Shown here in pieces: positions 35,104 to 44,933 of a DNA stretch of 57,350 nucleotides. Position 1 is the stretch's first letter. Each line of letters opens with the position of its first letter. The stretch is taken from positions 1 through 57,350 of the forward strand of contig JBFLYM010000004.1 of NCBI GenBank assembly GCA_040757035.1, given 5' to 3'. Position numbers and translations under genes: made by a program. This stretch comes from Candidatus Micrarchaeota archaeon (GTDB taxonomy: Archaea > Micrarchaeota > Micrarchaeia > Anstonellales > Bilamarchaeaceae). The notes beneath the pieces were generated by a model. The model searched no databases, had not been told where the DNA came from, and saw only the letters and a program-made list of their open reading frames with translations.

Positions 35104-36429
35104 ATGATTGGCAAAATTTTGGAGCAGATAAAAAAAGACAATGTGAAGTTTGTAAGCCTGCAATTCACAGATATTTTTGGGATTGTGAAGAGTGTTGTTA
35201 TAACTTCAAACCATTTAGAGGAAGCGCTTGAAAAAGGGAAGTGGTTTGACGGTTCATCTATAGAGGGTTTCGCAAGGATATACGAAAGCGACATGTTCCT
35301 TAAACCAGATGTTGATACTTATGCGGTTATTCCATGGTTGAACTCGCAAGATGGAAACACCGCTAGATTTATTTGTGAGGTATATACTGCAAATGGACAA
35401 ATATTTGAAGACGATCCGCGTTATATCTTAAAAAAAGTAATGGCTGAAGCCGAAAAGATGGGATATAACTATTATACTGGACCAGAACTTGAATTTTTCT
35501 TGTTTAAAAAAGAGAATGGATTGTTTAAACCGCTCCCGCATGACAGGGGAGGATATTTTGATCTGAACATGGATCTTGCGTATGAAATAAGAAGAGATAT
35601 CAGTATCGCGCTTCAAAAATTCGGAATAGATGTAGAAACCTCGCATCACGAAGTCGCAATAGGACAGCACGAAATAGATATAAAATATGGGAACGCGCTC
35701 AAGACAGCGGACAATGTAATGACAATGAAATTTGTAATTAAAGCAGTAGCTGAAAAATATGGATTGCTCGCAACGTTTATGCCGAAACCTATTGCCGGAA
35801 TAAACGGATCTGGAATGCATGTTCATCAAAGTCTTTTTAAAAAGGATGTAAACGCGTTTTTTGATGCGAACGAAAAATATCGGATATCAAAAATTGCAAA
35901 AAGCTTTATCGCCGGGCAATTAAATCATGTAAAGGCGATGTGCTTTGTTACATCGCCAACAGTAAATTCCTACAAACGGCTCACCCCAGGATACGAAGCT
36001 CCGGTTTATATAAGCTGGGCGCGCGAAAATCGGTCCGCACTTATGCGCGTCCCAGCATTTCAATCCGAAAGACCAAACGCTGCAAGAGTGGAATTGCGCT
36101 GCCCTGACCCATCTTCAAATATTTATCTCGCGTTCGCGGTGATGCTAAAAGCGGGATTAGACGGAATAAAAAATAATGCGCAGCCGCCAGAACCAATAGA
36201 AGAGAGTCTTTATGAATTTGACGACGAAAAACTGAAAAAATTAAATATAGCGCAGCTTCCTTCTTCTCTGCTGGAAGCGCTACACGAATTTGAAAATGAT
36301 GAAGTGATAAGAAGCGCATTTGGAGCATATTTGTGCAAAAAATATATCGAAGCGAAAAACAACGAATGGAACGAATTCAAACTGCATGTAAGCGAATGGG
36401 AAATAAACAGATATGCGGAGATATATTAA
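35104..36429 (+). CDS. glnA: Glutamine synthetase type I
   Basis: Typical GS motifs are present (FTDIFG, GSSIEGF, FMPKP..G.NGSGMHVHQS, NSYKRL, RVPA). ATG 35104 is preceded by aggaggg. The track opens earlier, at a TTG at 35071. Confidence 0.95.
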   Translation: MIGKILEQIKKDNVKFVSLQFTDIFGIVKSVVITSNHLEEALEKGKWFDGSSIEGFARIYESDMFLKPDVDTYAVIPWLNSQDGNTARFICEVYTANGQIFEDDPRYILKKVMAEAEKMGYNYYTGPELEFFLFKKENGLFKPLPHDRGGYFDLNMDLAYEIRRDISIALQKFGIDVETSHHEVAIGQHEIDIKYGNALKTADNVMTMKFVIKAVAEKYGLLATFMPKPIAGINGSGMHVHQSLFKKDVNAFFDANEKYRISKIAKSFIAGQLNHVKAMCFVTSPTVNSYKRLTPGYEAPVYISWARENRSALMRVPAFQSERPNAARVELRCPDPSSNIYLAFAVMLKAGLDGIKNNAQPPEPIEESLYEFDDEKLKKLNIAQLPSSLLEALHEFENDEVIRSAFGAYLCKKYIEAKNNEWNEFKLHVSEWEINRYAEIY

Positions 36430-38207
36430 TTGGTTCTTATTATCCTTTCTACTAAAAGCGCGTATACCGGTCTTGAAATCATAAATCCAAGCAAAGAACC
36501 TATAATGGTAGAGAGCGCGAATCCTATAATTTCAGCCATACTGCTAAAAAGCAAAGGTATCATTGCAATAACTGCAACCATCACACTCATTGTTATAATG
36601 CTAAACGCATGACCGAGTTTTTCTTCATTATTTTTATTATCCTTTTTAACGAGCTCGTCAGTAATGACTATTTGCGCATCAACTCCTACTCCTATTGCTG
36701 CAAGTATTCCAGCCATAGCTGCAAGATCTATAGTAAACGAACCGAGAAGAGAAACTAATATGACAAGTTCTGATATGCTAACCATAAGTATTGGTAAAAT
36801 TATTTTCAGGCGCATATAGCGAATTGAAATAAAAAAAGCGATCGCAAGAATTGACGCAAATACGCCAAAAACACTAAACTGAAGGAATTGCTGGCCTAAA
36901 GGTGCTGGAATTGAAGTTCTGCTTCCGAGCGAGATTTGTACAGGAAGAGAACCTCCTTTAAGAATAGATGTTATTCGCTTTACTTCATCATATCCTCCAT
37001 TTCGCCCACTGCCGCTACTGGTGCCGCGCACCGAACCACTAATTGAATAATGATATGAAGGAGCTCCAGCTGTGACTGCGGGAGAGAGAAGCGGTGCGGA
37101 AAGAAGACCTATCGCCTCCCAGCGTTCTACAAATTCTTTCTTTTCATATGAAGAAGCAGAAGTACCAAAAACAGGACTTATGTTTTGTACTTCGCTTAGA
37201 TTAAAACCAAGTGCTCTTATTTTCTCCTTTGTTGCGTTGTCTAAATTTTTAGATATCAGCGCCTTTGTTTTACTTATATTGATTATTAATGAATTGTTAG
37301 AATTATAATAATTATTAGAACTATTAAAATTGTTAGAATGTGAATTGTTAAAATGATCAAAATCAAAATTATCTAAAATATACAAAGGGATATCTTCATT
37401 TTCAAACCTTAAGGATTTTGAAGCAGCTTCAATGATGTTTTTATCAGAGACTAGTTTATCTGTTTTCAATTCTTCCATTGAGATAAATATTACAACATTT
37501 TTTGGTCTGTCCAAAAACATGTATAATGGATAGTTGGCCTTTCCTTTTGAGACGTTTGCGAAATTATTCGCACCTTCTTTGGTTACCGAAAATCCAACCC
37601 CCCAATCTGCACCTTGCAGTTGTGAAACCGGAATTTGACCAATAGTACCAGGCAAAATATTTTTTCCGTCAATTGCTAATTTTCCATCAACTATCCCTTG
37701 GAAAACACCCTGGTGACTTAGAACTTCTTCAATATTTTTTATAAGCGCGTCATTTGTTCCCGGTACTTCTACATCTATTTGCGACGTTCCAATCGCACGT
37801 ACTTTGACTTCGGTGAGACCAAGGACTGACGCGCGATTTTTTATTATCTGAAGCATATCATTCATTATTTGTTCGTTCACTGCTTTTTCCAGAATAACAG
37901 GAATTCTTGTACCACCTGAAAAATCTATACCGAATTTTATCCCATTGACCATAATATTGGTAATCGAAAGCAAAAGCAGCAAAGCAAGCGCGAGAAATCG
38001 CGTATTTTTGCTTTTCCATATTGTAGAAAATATGCCGAATGTAAGAAATGCGAACAAAAGTATAAATCCGGTATATTTCGCATAAAAAAATACACTTCCG
38101 ACAAAAAGTATAAAGAATGCGATTAACACGATATTTTTTAAGTCTTTCAACAAATCATTACACAAATTACGCAAATTAAGTAAATTAGGAACCATACTTT
38201 CCCTCAA
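36426..38207 (-). CDS. secD: Protein-export membrane protein SecD (with an Asn-rich low-complexity insert)
   Basis: 593 aa with an N-terminal TM, GIDFSGGTRI, a large periplasmic domain and a C-terminal 5-TM bundle. It lies downstream of and overlaps secF. Confidence 0.8.
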   Translation of the reverse strand: MRESMVPNLLNLRNLCNDLLKDLKNIVLIAFFILFVGSVFFYAKYTGFILLFAFLTFGIFSTIWKSKNTRFLALALLLLLSITNIMVNGIKFGIDFSGGTRIPVILEKAVNEQIMNDMLQIIKNRASVLGLTEVKVRAIGTSQIDVEVPGTNDALIKNIEEVLSHQGVFQGIVDGKLAIDGKNILPGTIGQIPVSQLQGADWGVGFSVTKEGANNFANVSKGKANYPLYMFLDRPKNVVIFISMEELKTDKLVSDKNIIEAASKSLRFENEDIPLYILDNFDFDHFNNSHSNNFNSSNNYYNSNNSLIINISKTKALISKNLDNATKEKIRALGFNLSEVQNISPVFGTSASSYEKKEFVERWEAIGLLSAPLLSPAVTAGAPSYHYSISGSVRGTSSGSGRNGGYDEVKRITSILKGGSLPVQISLGSRTSIPAPLGQQFLQFSVFGVFASILAIAFFISIRYMRLKIILPILMVSISELVILVSLLGSFTIDLAAMAGILAAIGVGVDAQIVITDELVKKDNKNNEEKLGHAFSIITMSVMVAVIAMIPLLFSSMAEIIGFALSTIIGSLLGFMISRPVYALLVERIIRTN

Positions 38208-39279
38208 CGTAGTGAAGGAGTATTACAGCGTTAATACCCCATGTTGCGAACAAATCGCCGACTAATCCTGCCAATGCAACAGCAGAAATTTCATAATATA
38301 TTGAGATGTGCGTATATGTACCAATTATATAAAGTATGAAAAATGAAAAAATGGCCGTCAGGCTCATTGTTGCACCGGTTTTCATCGCGTCAAATGCCTT
38401 TTCTCGCGGGTCTCCTGTTCGTTTGAGTATCCTCATTGTAAGAAGAATATCCGTATCAAGCGAAAAGCCCAATATCATAAGCAATGCAGCAAAAGAAGCG
38501 AGAGTAAAAGGAATCCCGAAAAAACCCATTGCGCCAAGCGCAATAATTACATCGGATAACGCCCCGATTATTATTGCTAAACTCGGTACAAAAATACGAA
38601 AAAATATGAATACAAAAATTATACAAAATATGGATGAAAAGATTGCGACTCTTATTGCATTCTCTATGAAATGCGTGCTTAATGCCGGACTTATGCTTTG
38701 AACGCTGAACGAAGAGTACTCGGTATATTTGTCCAAAATTTTTGAAATTGAATTTTTATAATCATCGTATATTGTTCGATATGCGTTTAACGTTTCTGTG
38801 TTGAGCGTATTAAGATTTTCTATACCATCCGCGTTTTGCTCTTTTTTGGCGAGCGCCAACAATGCATTAGAAATATTGTTCAATATCCTCCTTTTTTGGC
38901 GATACTCTTCTAAAAACGAAGAGTTTGTATTAGATTTGGATTCAAGTAATGCAACTTCTTCTAATTTTGAATTGAATTCGTTCTTAAGATGATCTGCCTT
39001 TATCAAATCTGGATTTTGGGAAAGTTCTATTTCAGCATGTTCGCCAAAGCTTGTGCTGTAAACTTTTACTGTCCCATGCATACCATCCTTCTCCAGGTTA
39101 GTTTTAAGTTCTTCAGCATTTACCGATTTTTCCAAGTTCAAAATTATTAGTGTGCCTCCTGTGAAATCAACACCTAGTTTTATATATTGTGCGAAATAAA
39201 TCGCAGCGATAAGCAGAACAAGCGGAAAAATGATTAGTTTTTTATAATCATTTTTGTAGATATTTGGAATTGAAATCAT
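38185..39279 (-). CDS. secF: Protein-export membrane protein SecF
   Basis: 364 aa with GVDFTGGTLI and a C-terminal TM bundle (SLDTDILLTMRILKR). It is paired with secD. Confidence 0.8.
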   Translation of the reverse strand: MISIPNIYKNDYKKLIIFPLVLLIAAIYFAQYIKLGVDFTGGTLIILNLEKSVNAEELKTNLEKDGMHGTVKVYSTSFGEHAEIELSQNPDLIKADHLKNEFNSKLEEVALLESKSNTNSSFLEEYRQKRRILNNISNALLALAKKEQNADGIENLNTLNTETLNAYRTIYDDYKNSISKILDKYTEYSSFSVQSISPALSTHFIENAIRVAIFSSIFCIIFVFIFFRIFVPSLAIIIGALSDVIIALGAMGFFGIPFTLASFAALLMILGFSLDTDILLTMRILKRTGDPREKAFDAMKTGATMSLTAIFSFFILYIIGTYTHISIYYEISAVALAGLVGDLFATWGINAVILLHYVEGKYGS

Positions 39280-39316
39280 TTTTTATAAACCTTAAACCTT
39301 ACTCTGACCACAAAAA

Positions 39317-39499
39317 TTATTTTATTTTTACTGCAAATTTGCCAGGGACATTTATTTCAGCAATTTTTGCAATTTCGCTTTTTTCAGTATTAAATATAAT
39401 CATTTCACCAGAATATTTTTCTGTGAAATCGGTTCCCTGACATTTTGGACAAGTTTTTTCATCGTTAAGAATCATTTTGCAATTCCTGCACGCATACAT
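39317..39499 (-). CDS. spt4: Transcription elongation factor Spt4 (RpoE'')
   Basis: MYACRNCKMILNDEKTCPKCQG is a zinc ribbon, followed by SEIAKIAEINVPGKFAVKI. The internal Met at 39499 avoids overlap with rpoE'. The track ORF extends to 39532. Confidence 0.8.
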   Translation of the reverse strand: MYACRNCKMILNDEKTCPKCQGTDFTEKYSGEMIIFNTEKSEIAKIAEINVPGKFAVKIK

Positions 39500-39503
39500 C
39501 GGA

Positions 39504-40079
39504 TCACGCCTTTTTTTTCTCGTTCTTTTCAACCTTTGCTTTTTTCATATTTTCCTCAAACCATTCTGTTTTTCCAAGTCCTCCTGCCCTCATGGTTAAA
39601 CCTATCTTTGTATCGTTTATTGATGATTTAATGCTTACAGTGGATACCTTAAGAAAGAGAATATCATCTTTTTTTATATTTTTCTTTCCGTGAGAATAGA
39701 GACTTTTATTTTTTTTGTCGTAAAAGAATTTTTCACCTGAAATTTGAGAAAGATGAAGGAGAGCATCGAAAGGACCTATATTGGTAAACGCTCCAAATTC
39801 AACTATTTCTTTTACTACCGATTCAAAAACTTCATTAACCGAGGTATTAAAAACAAGAGCATCAAATTGGACGTTGTAATAGATGTTCGGATCCCCTGGA
39901 ACAATAACTCCAGGGCTTACAATCTCAATATTATCAATGCTGAGTATAAGACCAATTTCCTTATATATCCTCCTTTCATAGGCGTCTCTCAGAACTTTTT
40001 TTGCTGCATTAGTAATATTCATAGTTAACATGCTTGGATGGATACGAATTTTTTCCTCTATGTTCATCAGGTAGTACAT
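39504..40079 (-). CDS. rpoE: DNA-directed RNA polymerase subunit E' (Rpb7-like, S1 domain)
   Basis: 191 aa. The N-terminal Rpb7 fold pattern is IRIHPSML...VLRDAYERRIYKEIGLILSI, followed by an S1-like region (VVKEIVEFGAFTNIGPFDALLHLSQI). It forms the typical rpoE'-spt4 pair. Confidence 0.85.
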   Translation of the reverse strand: MYYLMNIEEKIRIHPSMLTMNITNAAKKVLRDAYERRIYKEIGLILSIDNIEIVSPGVIVPGDPNIYYNVQFDALVFNTSVNEVFESVVKEIVEFGAFTNIGPFDALLHLSQISGEKFFYDKKNKSLYSHGKKNIKKDDILFLKVSTVSIKSSINDTKIGLTMRAGGLGKTEWFEENMKKAKVEKNEKKKA

Positions 40080-40117
40080 AAATAGGTCACCTAATCAAAA
40101 ATATTTGAACGGATATA

Positions 40118-40190
40118 GCAACTCAACAAAGTAATTCAGAAAGTACCAAAAATTAGTACCGAGAATTATCGCATGTTGATTTACCATATA
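40118..40190. repeat. Hairpin-type repeat related to the long hairpin inside tRNA-Leu intron 3
   Basis: 40124-40145 caacaaagtaattcagaaagta is the exact reverse complement of 52775-52796. Flanking bases show weaker similarity, and both copies have an imperfect hairpin arrangement. Confidence 0.7.
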
Positions 40191-40287
40191 CAATCCAGTT
40201 TTTAATGGATTAGTATATATATACATAAAGTTTAAATACTTCCTCCTAAAATGAAGGGTTTTTAAATTCTTACAAAGAAACTTTTTT

Positions 40288-40956
40288 ATGGCAGTACATA
40301 TTAATACTGACGAAATAAAGCATCTTGATTGGAAAATAAAAATACTTTGGGCGCTCAATGCAATAATATTTGCGTTATTTATGTGGCTGTCTGCCTCAGC
40401 AATTGCGTTGTATGCATTTCCAAGCGATTTATTTGGAATACCAAATGCGTTATACACATTTATGTTCTTAATGCTCATAGGAGCAATATTTATGCCTTAT
40501 CTTGTATGGACCGAATTAAGATATAGAAATTATACCTATTATCTTTCAGAAACCGAAATAACAATAAGACGCGGTGTGTTGCGTATTGAAAGAATATCAA
40601 TTCCATTTGAAAAAATACAAAATGTAAATGTATCTCGTTCAATTCTTGAAAGAATTCTTGGACTTGCAACGATAAAAATAGAAACAGCAGGAAGTAATCC
40701 ACTTGAAGCAGAGGGTTTTTTGCCTGGAATAAATAATTATCGCGAATTGGTAGATAAAATTACCGAACGAGTAGAACGCGTACGCGCGCCAAAAATACCT
40801 GCAATAAAATCATTCAATGAGGAAAAATTAATGGAAGAGATAGTTAGCCTTAGAGCAGAGTTGCACGAATTGAAAGAATCCTATGAAAAAAAGGAAAATT
40901 ACTCCCGTCACCCACATTTGAAAACGAAAAGTATAAAAAGTCCAAAGGAGAAGTAA
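40288..40956 (+). CDS. Membrane protein with a bacterial-type PH domain (bPH_2/YdbS-like)
   Basis: Two N-terminal TM segments are followed by ITIRRGVLRIERISIPFEKIQNVNVSRSILERILGLATIKIETAG, which fits the bPH_2 pattern. Confidence 0.6.
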   Translation: MAVHINTDEIKHLDWKIKILWALNAIIFALFMWLSASAIALYAFPSDLFGIPNALYTFMFLMLIGAIFMPYLVWTELRYRNYTYYLSETEITIRRGVLRIERISIPFEKIQNVNVSRSILERILGLATIKIETAGSNPLEAEGFLPGINNYRELVDKITERVERVRAPKIPAIKSFNEEKLMEEIVSLRAELHELKESYEKKENYSRHPHLKTKSIKSPKEK

Positions 40957-41153
40957 TGTTTATGGGACTTACCAAATACGAAAAAGCGAGATTGATTGGT
41001 GCAAGAGCATTTCAAATTTATCTTAATGCACCTATACGGGCTGAAATAAGCGGAGATGAATTAGATGATATAAAAATAGATTATATAAAAATCGCCGAAA
41101 AAGAACTTGAGCGTGGTAATATCCCACTTAAGATTGTAAAACAATCAAGTTGA
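40956..41153 (+). CDS. rpoK: DNA-directed RNA polymerase subunit K (Rpb6-like)
   Basis: LTKYEKARLIGARAFQI...IAEKELERGNIPLKIV matches the RpoK/Rpb6 signature. Confidence 0.85.
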   Translation: MFMGLTKYEKARLIGARAFQIYLNAPIRAEISGDELDDIKIDYIKIAEKELERGNIPLKIVKQSS

Positions 41154-41191
41154 ACTTCTTTAGTAATTCTTTGAATTTTTGATCTCTTTTT

Positions 41192-42043
41192 TCATTTCTT
41201 CTCTTCATATTCAGCTTTGTATACGATTCCACAACTAATCCAAGCAATTCCGCTAATTATTGCGAGTATACAATAAATTATAATTAGATAAATCATGACT
41301 TCGCGCATCCATTCGGTTAGAATAAGCCTCACTTCCAGGATAAGATCTTCAATTATTTGTTTTTGTTGTTCTGGCAATTTGGAAAGCGCTTCTGTGAGTT
41401 GCACGTTTTGAGTTATTACCGAATCCACGATTGAAGAAAGTGTATACCAACATATTCCAAATGCGATGATATAAAAAATTAGATATAATAAGGTATGCAA
41501 CGCAATCGTACGCAAACCAGATATTATTTCAAACTTGCTGAGATAAAGAATAAATGCGGATATCAAGTATAATATAAAAAATACTGTAAACGCAATCGGT
41601 GTATACGCGGTTAAAAATGGAATAATTGTCTCATTTTTTATTTTATCGCGAAATTCAGCGAGTTTGGAAGTAATGAATAATTTCTTTAATTCGTTTATAT
41701 TTGATATGCTATTAATACGCGCACACGCAAAATCAATATCTTTTTTTTCAATCTGATATCCACTAACTCCGGCCAAAAACGCATCGCTTATGTTAAATGC
41801 GGAGCGCATTGTGCAAAATAATTTCACATCATCAAAAGAGATATTCTTCAATTCTGGTATATTAGAATCCATCATCAAGATAAGTTTGTCTGGTATTTCT
41901 GCACTGACTTTTTCGTACAACCTTTCAAATTCATAAGGAGCAAGTGTCATAAGTAAAGCAATAAAAAAGCCAATAAACGCAAGTCCCATAATGCCCGCGC
42001 CAACGGTCCGAAGAATTAATTCTTTTAAATCCATGCGCCACAC
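41192..42043 (-). CDS. Polytopic membrane protein, unknown function
   Basis: 283 aa with several long hydrophobic segments. I recognise no motif. Confidence 0.5.
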   Translation of the reverse strand: MWRMDLKELILRTVGAGIMGLAFIGFFIALLMTLAPYEFERLYEKVSAEIPDKLILMMDSNIPELKNISFDDVKLFCTMRSAFNISDAFLAGVSGYQIEKKDIDFACARINSISNINELKKLFITSKLAEFRDKIKNETIIPFLTAYTPIAFTVFFILYLISAFILYLSKFEIISGLRTIALHTLLYLIFYIIAFGICWYTLSSIVDSVITQNVQLTEALSKLPEQQKQIIEDLILEVRLILTEWMREVMIYLIIIYCILAIISGIAWISCGIVYKAEYEEKK

Positions 42044-42063
42044 GATTTTTTATTTATATTTCA

Positions 42064-43560
42064 TTATAGAGTTTTTCTTCCTGATTCAATATTATTTTTT
42101 ATTTTCGCATCAAGCTCGGAAATCTGAACGCGCTCTTGTTTGCTATCATTTCTATATCTTATAGTTACGCTATCGTTCTCAAGCGTTTCGTAATCTATTG
42201 TTATTGCATACGGCGTGCCTATTTCATCAGCGCGCGCATAGCGCCTCCCAATGCTTCCGCTCTCAGAATAAAGAACCATCCAATTGGATCTGAGTTTCGC
42301 GGCAACGTTGTTCGCCTTTTCACTAAGTCCATCCTTTTTCATTAATGGAAATACAGCAACTTCATACGGAGCAATTGCAGGCGGAAAATCAAACCATTCC
42401 CAATCTTTTTCTTTACTTTTTTCTCTAAACGCATGTTCTAAAATAGAGAAAAACATTCGGTCCACACCCATTGAAACTTCAAACACATGCGGAATGACCT
42501 TTTTCTTTTCATCTTCAACAAAAACAGAAAAATCTTTTTTGGAATAATTTTGATGCTGCGAAAGATCAAAATTGGTTCTATACGCATTTCCTATTGTTTC
42601 TATTATCCCATAGGAAGTTTCAATTTCCATATCAACATTTCCTTTAGAATAATGAGGAGTTTCGCCTTCGAGTAAATGTCTGAACGCGCATCTATCCATA
42701 TCAAGTCCGCACAACCTGTAGTATTCCCATTCCTTTGCAAGAAAGAAACCAAAAATTTCATTGCAAACTTTTTTGTTTATAAGTTCGCCAATACAAGTTT
42801 CCTGAACGTCTCTAAAACTGCCTTTTTGCCCTTCTCTTGGAAGATATCTTATTTTATAATTCTTGATTTTGTCAAAACCTTCAATGCTCTGTTTTGATGG
42901 ATTAAAGAAGTATTCCAATTCCATTTGGGTAAATTCTCTCATTCTAACAAGCACATTTCGTGGAGATATCTCGTTTCTAAATGAGCGTCCAACTTGTCCT
43001 ACTGCAAGCGGAAGTTTTGCGCCCTGGTTTTTGAATAATCTTACAAATGCTGTGAAAATTCCTTGCGCGGTTTCTGGTCTTAAAAACCCAGAAGCGACAT
43101 CCCCTCCTATCATTGTTTTAAACATGAGATTGAATATCCAAGGCTCTTTTATTTCTCCGCCGCACGGGCATATCATTTTTTCTTTATTTGTTGAGTATAT
43201 TTTTTTGAGAGATTCTATTTTTCCGTCCCATTTAAATCCATGAATTTTTTCTTCTGCGAAATGATCTGCTCTCATTTTTTTTCTGCATTTTGGGCAATCA
43301 ACTATTGGGTCGGTAAAATTATCTACATGACCAGAAGCCTTTAACACTATTTCAGGTGTGACTATTGCGCTTTCGACTTCGTAATTGCCTAATTCATATA
43401 TGAATTGCGTTCTCCAGAGGTTTTCAATCTTCCTTTTCATCAGCACTCCAACAGGACCATAATCATAGAATCCACTTGGTGCGCTATACTGTTCATTTGC
43501 TGGATAAAAGAATGACCTTTGAAGCGCAATTTCCATTATTCGCTCCCATAACATCGCCAT
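42064..43560 (-). CDS. glyS: Glycyl-tRNA synthetase (archaeal/eukaryotic alpha2 type)
   Basis: FYPANEQYSAPSGFYDYGPVGVLMKRKIENLW, LRPETAQGIF, QVGRSFRNEISPR and FTQMELEYF are GlyRS class II motifs. Confidence 0.9.
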   Translation of the reverse strand: MAMLWERIMEIALQRSFFYPANEQYSAPSGFYDYGPVGVLMKRKIENLWRTQFIYELGNYEVESAIVTPEIVLKASGHVDNFTDPIVDCPKCRKKMRADHFAEEKIHGFKWDGKIESLKKIYSTNKEKMICPCGGEIKEPWIFNLMFKTMIGGDVASGFLRPETAQGIFTAFVRLFKNQGAKLPLAVGQVGRSFRNEISPRNVLVRMREFTQMELEYFFNPSKQSIEGFDKIKNYKIRYLPREGQKGSFRDVQETCIGELINKKVCNEIFGFFLAKEWEYYRLCGLDMDRCAFRHLLEGETPHYSKGNVDMEIETSYGIIETIGNAYRTNFDLSQHQNYSKKDFSVFVEDEKKKVIPHVFEVSMGVDRMFFSILEHAFREKSKEKDWEWFDFPPAIAPYEVAVFPLMKKDGLSEKANNVAAKLRSNWMVLYSESGSIGRRYARADEIGTPYAITIDYETLENDSVTIRYRNDSKQERVQISELDAKIKNNIESGRKTL

Positions 43561-43643
43561 AATTCATTTTTTGCGCAAATCTTTTTAAAGACATGTAATT
43601 AATCGGCTATGGAACAGAATTTTTTAAAATTCGGTTTTAGAGG

Positions 43644-44432
43644 TCAGTTCGTATACATAAATAAAAAATCCCATGCGAATTTAAGCCCGAAAATGAACAG
43701 AAGAATCGCGAACGCTTTTCTTATCGTTTCATGCTTTATTTTATCTCTCGCTATCTGCGTTGAACCGAAAAATGCGCCAAGCATGGCAGCGAGCCCGATT
43801 ATAAATAAAAAGAAATAATCTAGTTTCGTTAATGTAGCATGACCCACAAAACCAGCAAGTGAAGCAAAGAAAACAGTGAACGTGGTTAGCACTACTATTT
43901 TTTTGAGTGGAATGCTCATTTCTGTCAAAAGAGGAACAATAAGTATTCCTCCTCCAACACCGAGAGTTCCGCCGGCTATGCCAGCCAACCCTCCAATTGC
44001 ACTTAGCTTTAGTGCTGTGTTATCCATTAAACTATTCCTCCACTTTAGCTTTGTTTTATAATCCTCAGTTTCAAATTTTCCGAAAAACGTACGCGCAGCA
44101 CCAAGAAAAAGGAACAGGGCAAACAACCCAAATATTATTTTAACAGGAATAATTGTAGAAAACCATACCCCAACAGGCACGCAAAGAAGTGTGCCAGCAA
44201 CAATCCACATTGTGATTTTGAAATCTATAAGTTTGTTTATATAATAATTGTAAGATGATATTCCAGTTGCAATAATATTTGTAAAAAGCGCAGAAGCAAT
44301 CGCAGCATCAAGCGGAATTCCCAACCAGAAAAATATTGGAACATAAACCGCTGCGCCGCCCAAACCAAGTACAGTGAACAAACAGGAAAGTAGGAAAATT
44401 ATAATAAAGAATAGGAGCATGTCCATATACAA
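43644..44432 (-). CDS. TauE/SafE (DUF81) family anion exporter-like membrane protein
   Basis: 262 aa with a duplicated 4-TM layout. Gly-rich motifs LGLGGAAVYVPIFF and GGTLGVGGGILIVPLL are present. Confidence 0.7.
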   Translation of the reverse strand: MYMDMLLFFIIIFLLSCLFTVLGLGGAAVYVPIFFWLGIPLDAAIASALFTNIIATGISSYNYYINKLIDFKITMWIVAGTLLCVPVGVWFSTIIPVKIIFGLFALFLFLGAARTFFGKFETEDYKTKLKWRNSLMDNTALKLSAIGGLAGIAGGTLGVGGGILIVPLLTEMSIPLKKIVVLTTFTVFFASLAGFVGHATLTKLDYFFLFIIGLAAMLGAFFGSTQIARDKIKHETIRKAFAILLFIFGLKFAWDFLFMYTN

Positions 44433-44454
44433 ACCAATTTTTTCAGTAACAGTT

Positions 44455-44579
44455 TAAAATTTTCCCATTTCGACGAGTTCGCTATTCACGACGTCGCTTA
44501 ATTTTTCTATATAATTTTCGATCATTTAACAATCGAATAATATTCAACAGAAAAATTCTTACGCTTTTCGATCGAGTTT
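44455..44579. repeat. Dispersed repeat R2, copy b (125 nt), inverted relative to 309-434
   Basis: See copy a. It is identical apart from a 1-nt T-run length difference. Confidence 0.9.
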
Positions 44580-44842
44580 TCGAGATATACGCAACCAACT
44601 AAGTTTTTCCGATTTTGTTTTTCAGGTTTTATCTCGATTGGTAAACCTTCACGGTTCGGAAGCCTAAGGCGTTTACACCTTAGGATGAGAACCGAGCTTC
44701 CTTTCCTACGGCTTCCCCTAAAGGCAAATGCTTTTGCATTGTCATTTTATCATTTTAAGGAAGCTACGGCCTTTAGGCCGTGAAGGTTTATGCGTATATG
44801 CGATCCACGTTTTTTTAGTGGATCAGTATAATTCGTGCAATT
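44580..44842. mobile_element. MITE-like non-coding insert specific to this copy of the R2 context
   Basis: At copy a, 19 nt separate R2 from the conserved 17-nt block. Here 263 nt do. The insert has a 12-bp long-range helix (44652-44663 aaaccttcacgg with 44787-44798 ccgtgaaggttt) and several GC hairpins. Its 3' ~80 nt recur at 34396-34477. It has no ORF and no clear terminal inverted repeat or target-site duplication. Confidence 0.4.
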
Positions 44843-44933
44843 TATAAACTTTTACTTTTTCTAGTTTTGTCTATTCTTAAAGAGCTACGTTATATCGTAG
44901 CACTTTATAAATAGACAAGTTTATAACTATTCT

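Noticed and set aside
37270-37350. Asn-rich low-complexity insert in SecD (NNSHSNNFNSSNNYYNSNNS)
   Set aside because: This is compositional low complexity, common in AT-rich genomes. Similar Asn/Met runs occur in the 1253-aa protein leader. It is not a discrete feature.
40095-40478. 127-aa minus-strand ORF spanning the rpoE'/PH-domain intergenic region
   Set aside because: It overlaps the 5' end of the PH-domain gene and runs through promoter-like AT-rich DNA and the hairpin repeat. Its sequence is compositionally odd and has no motifs.
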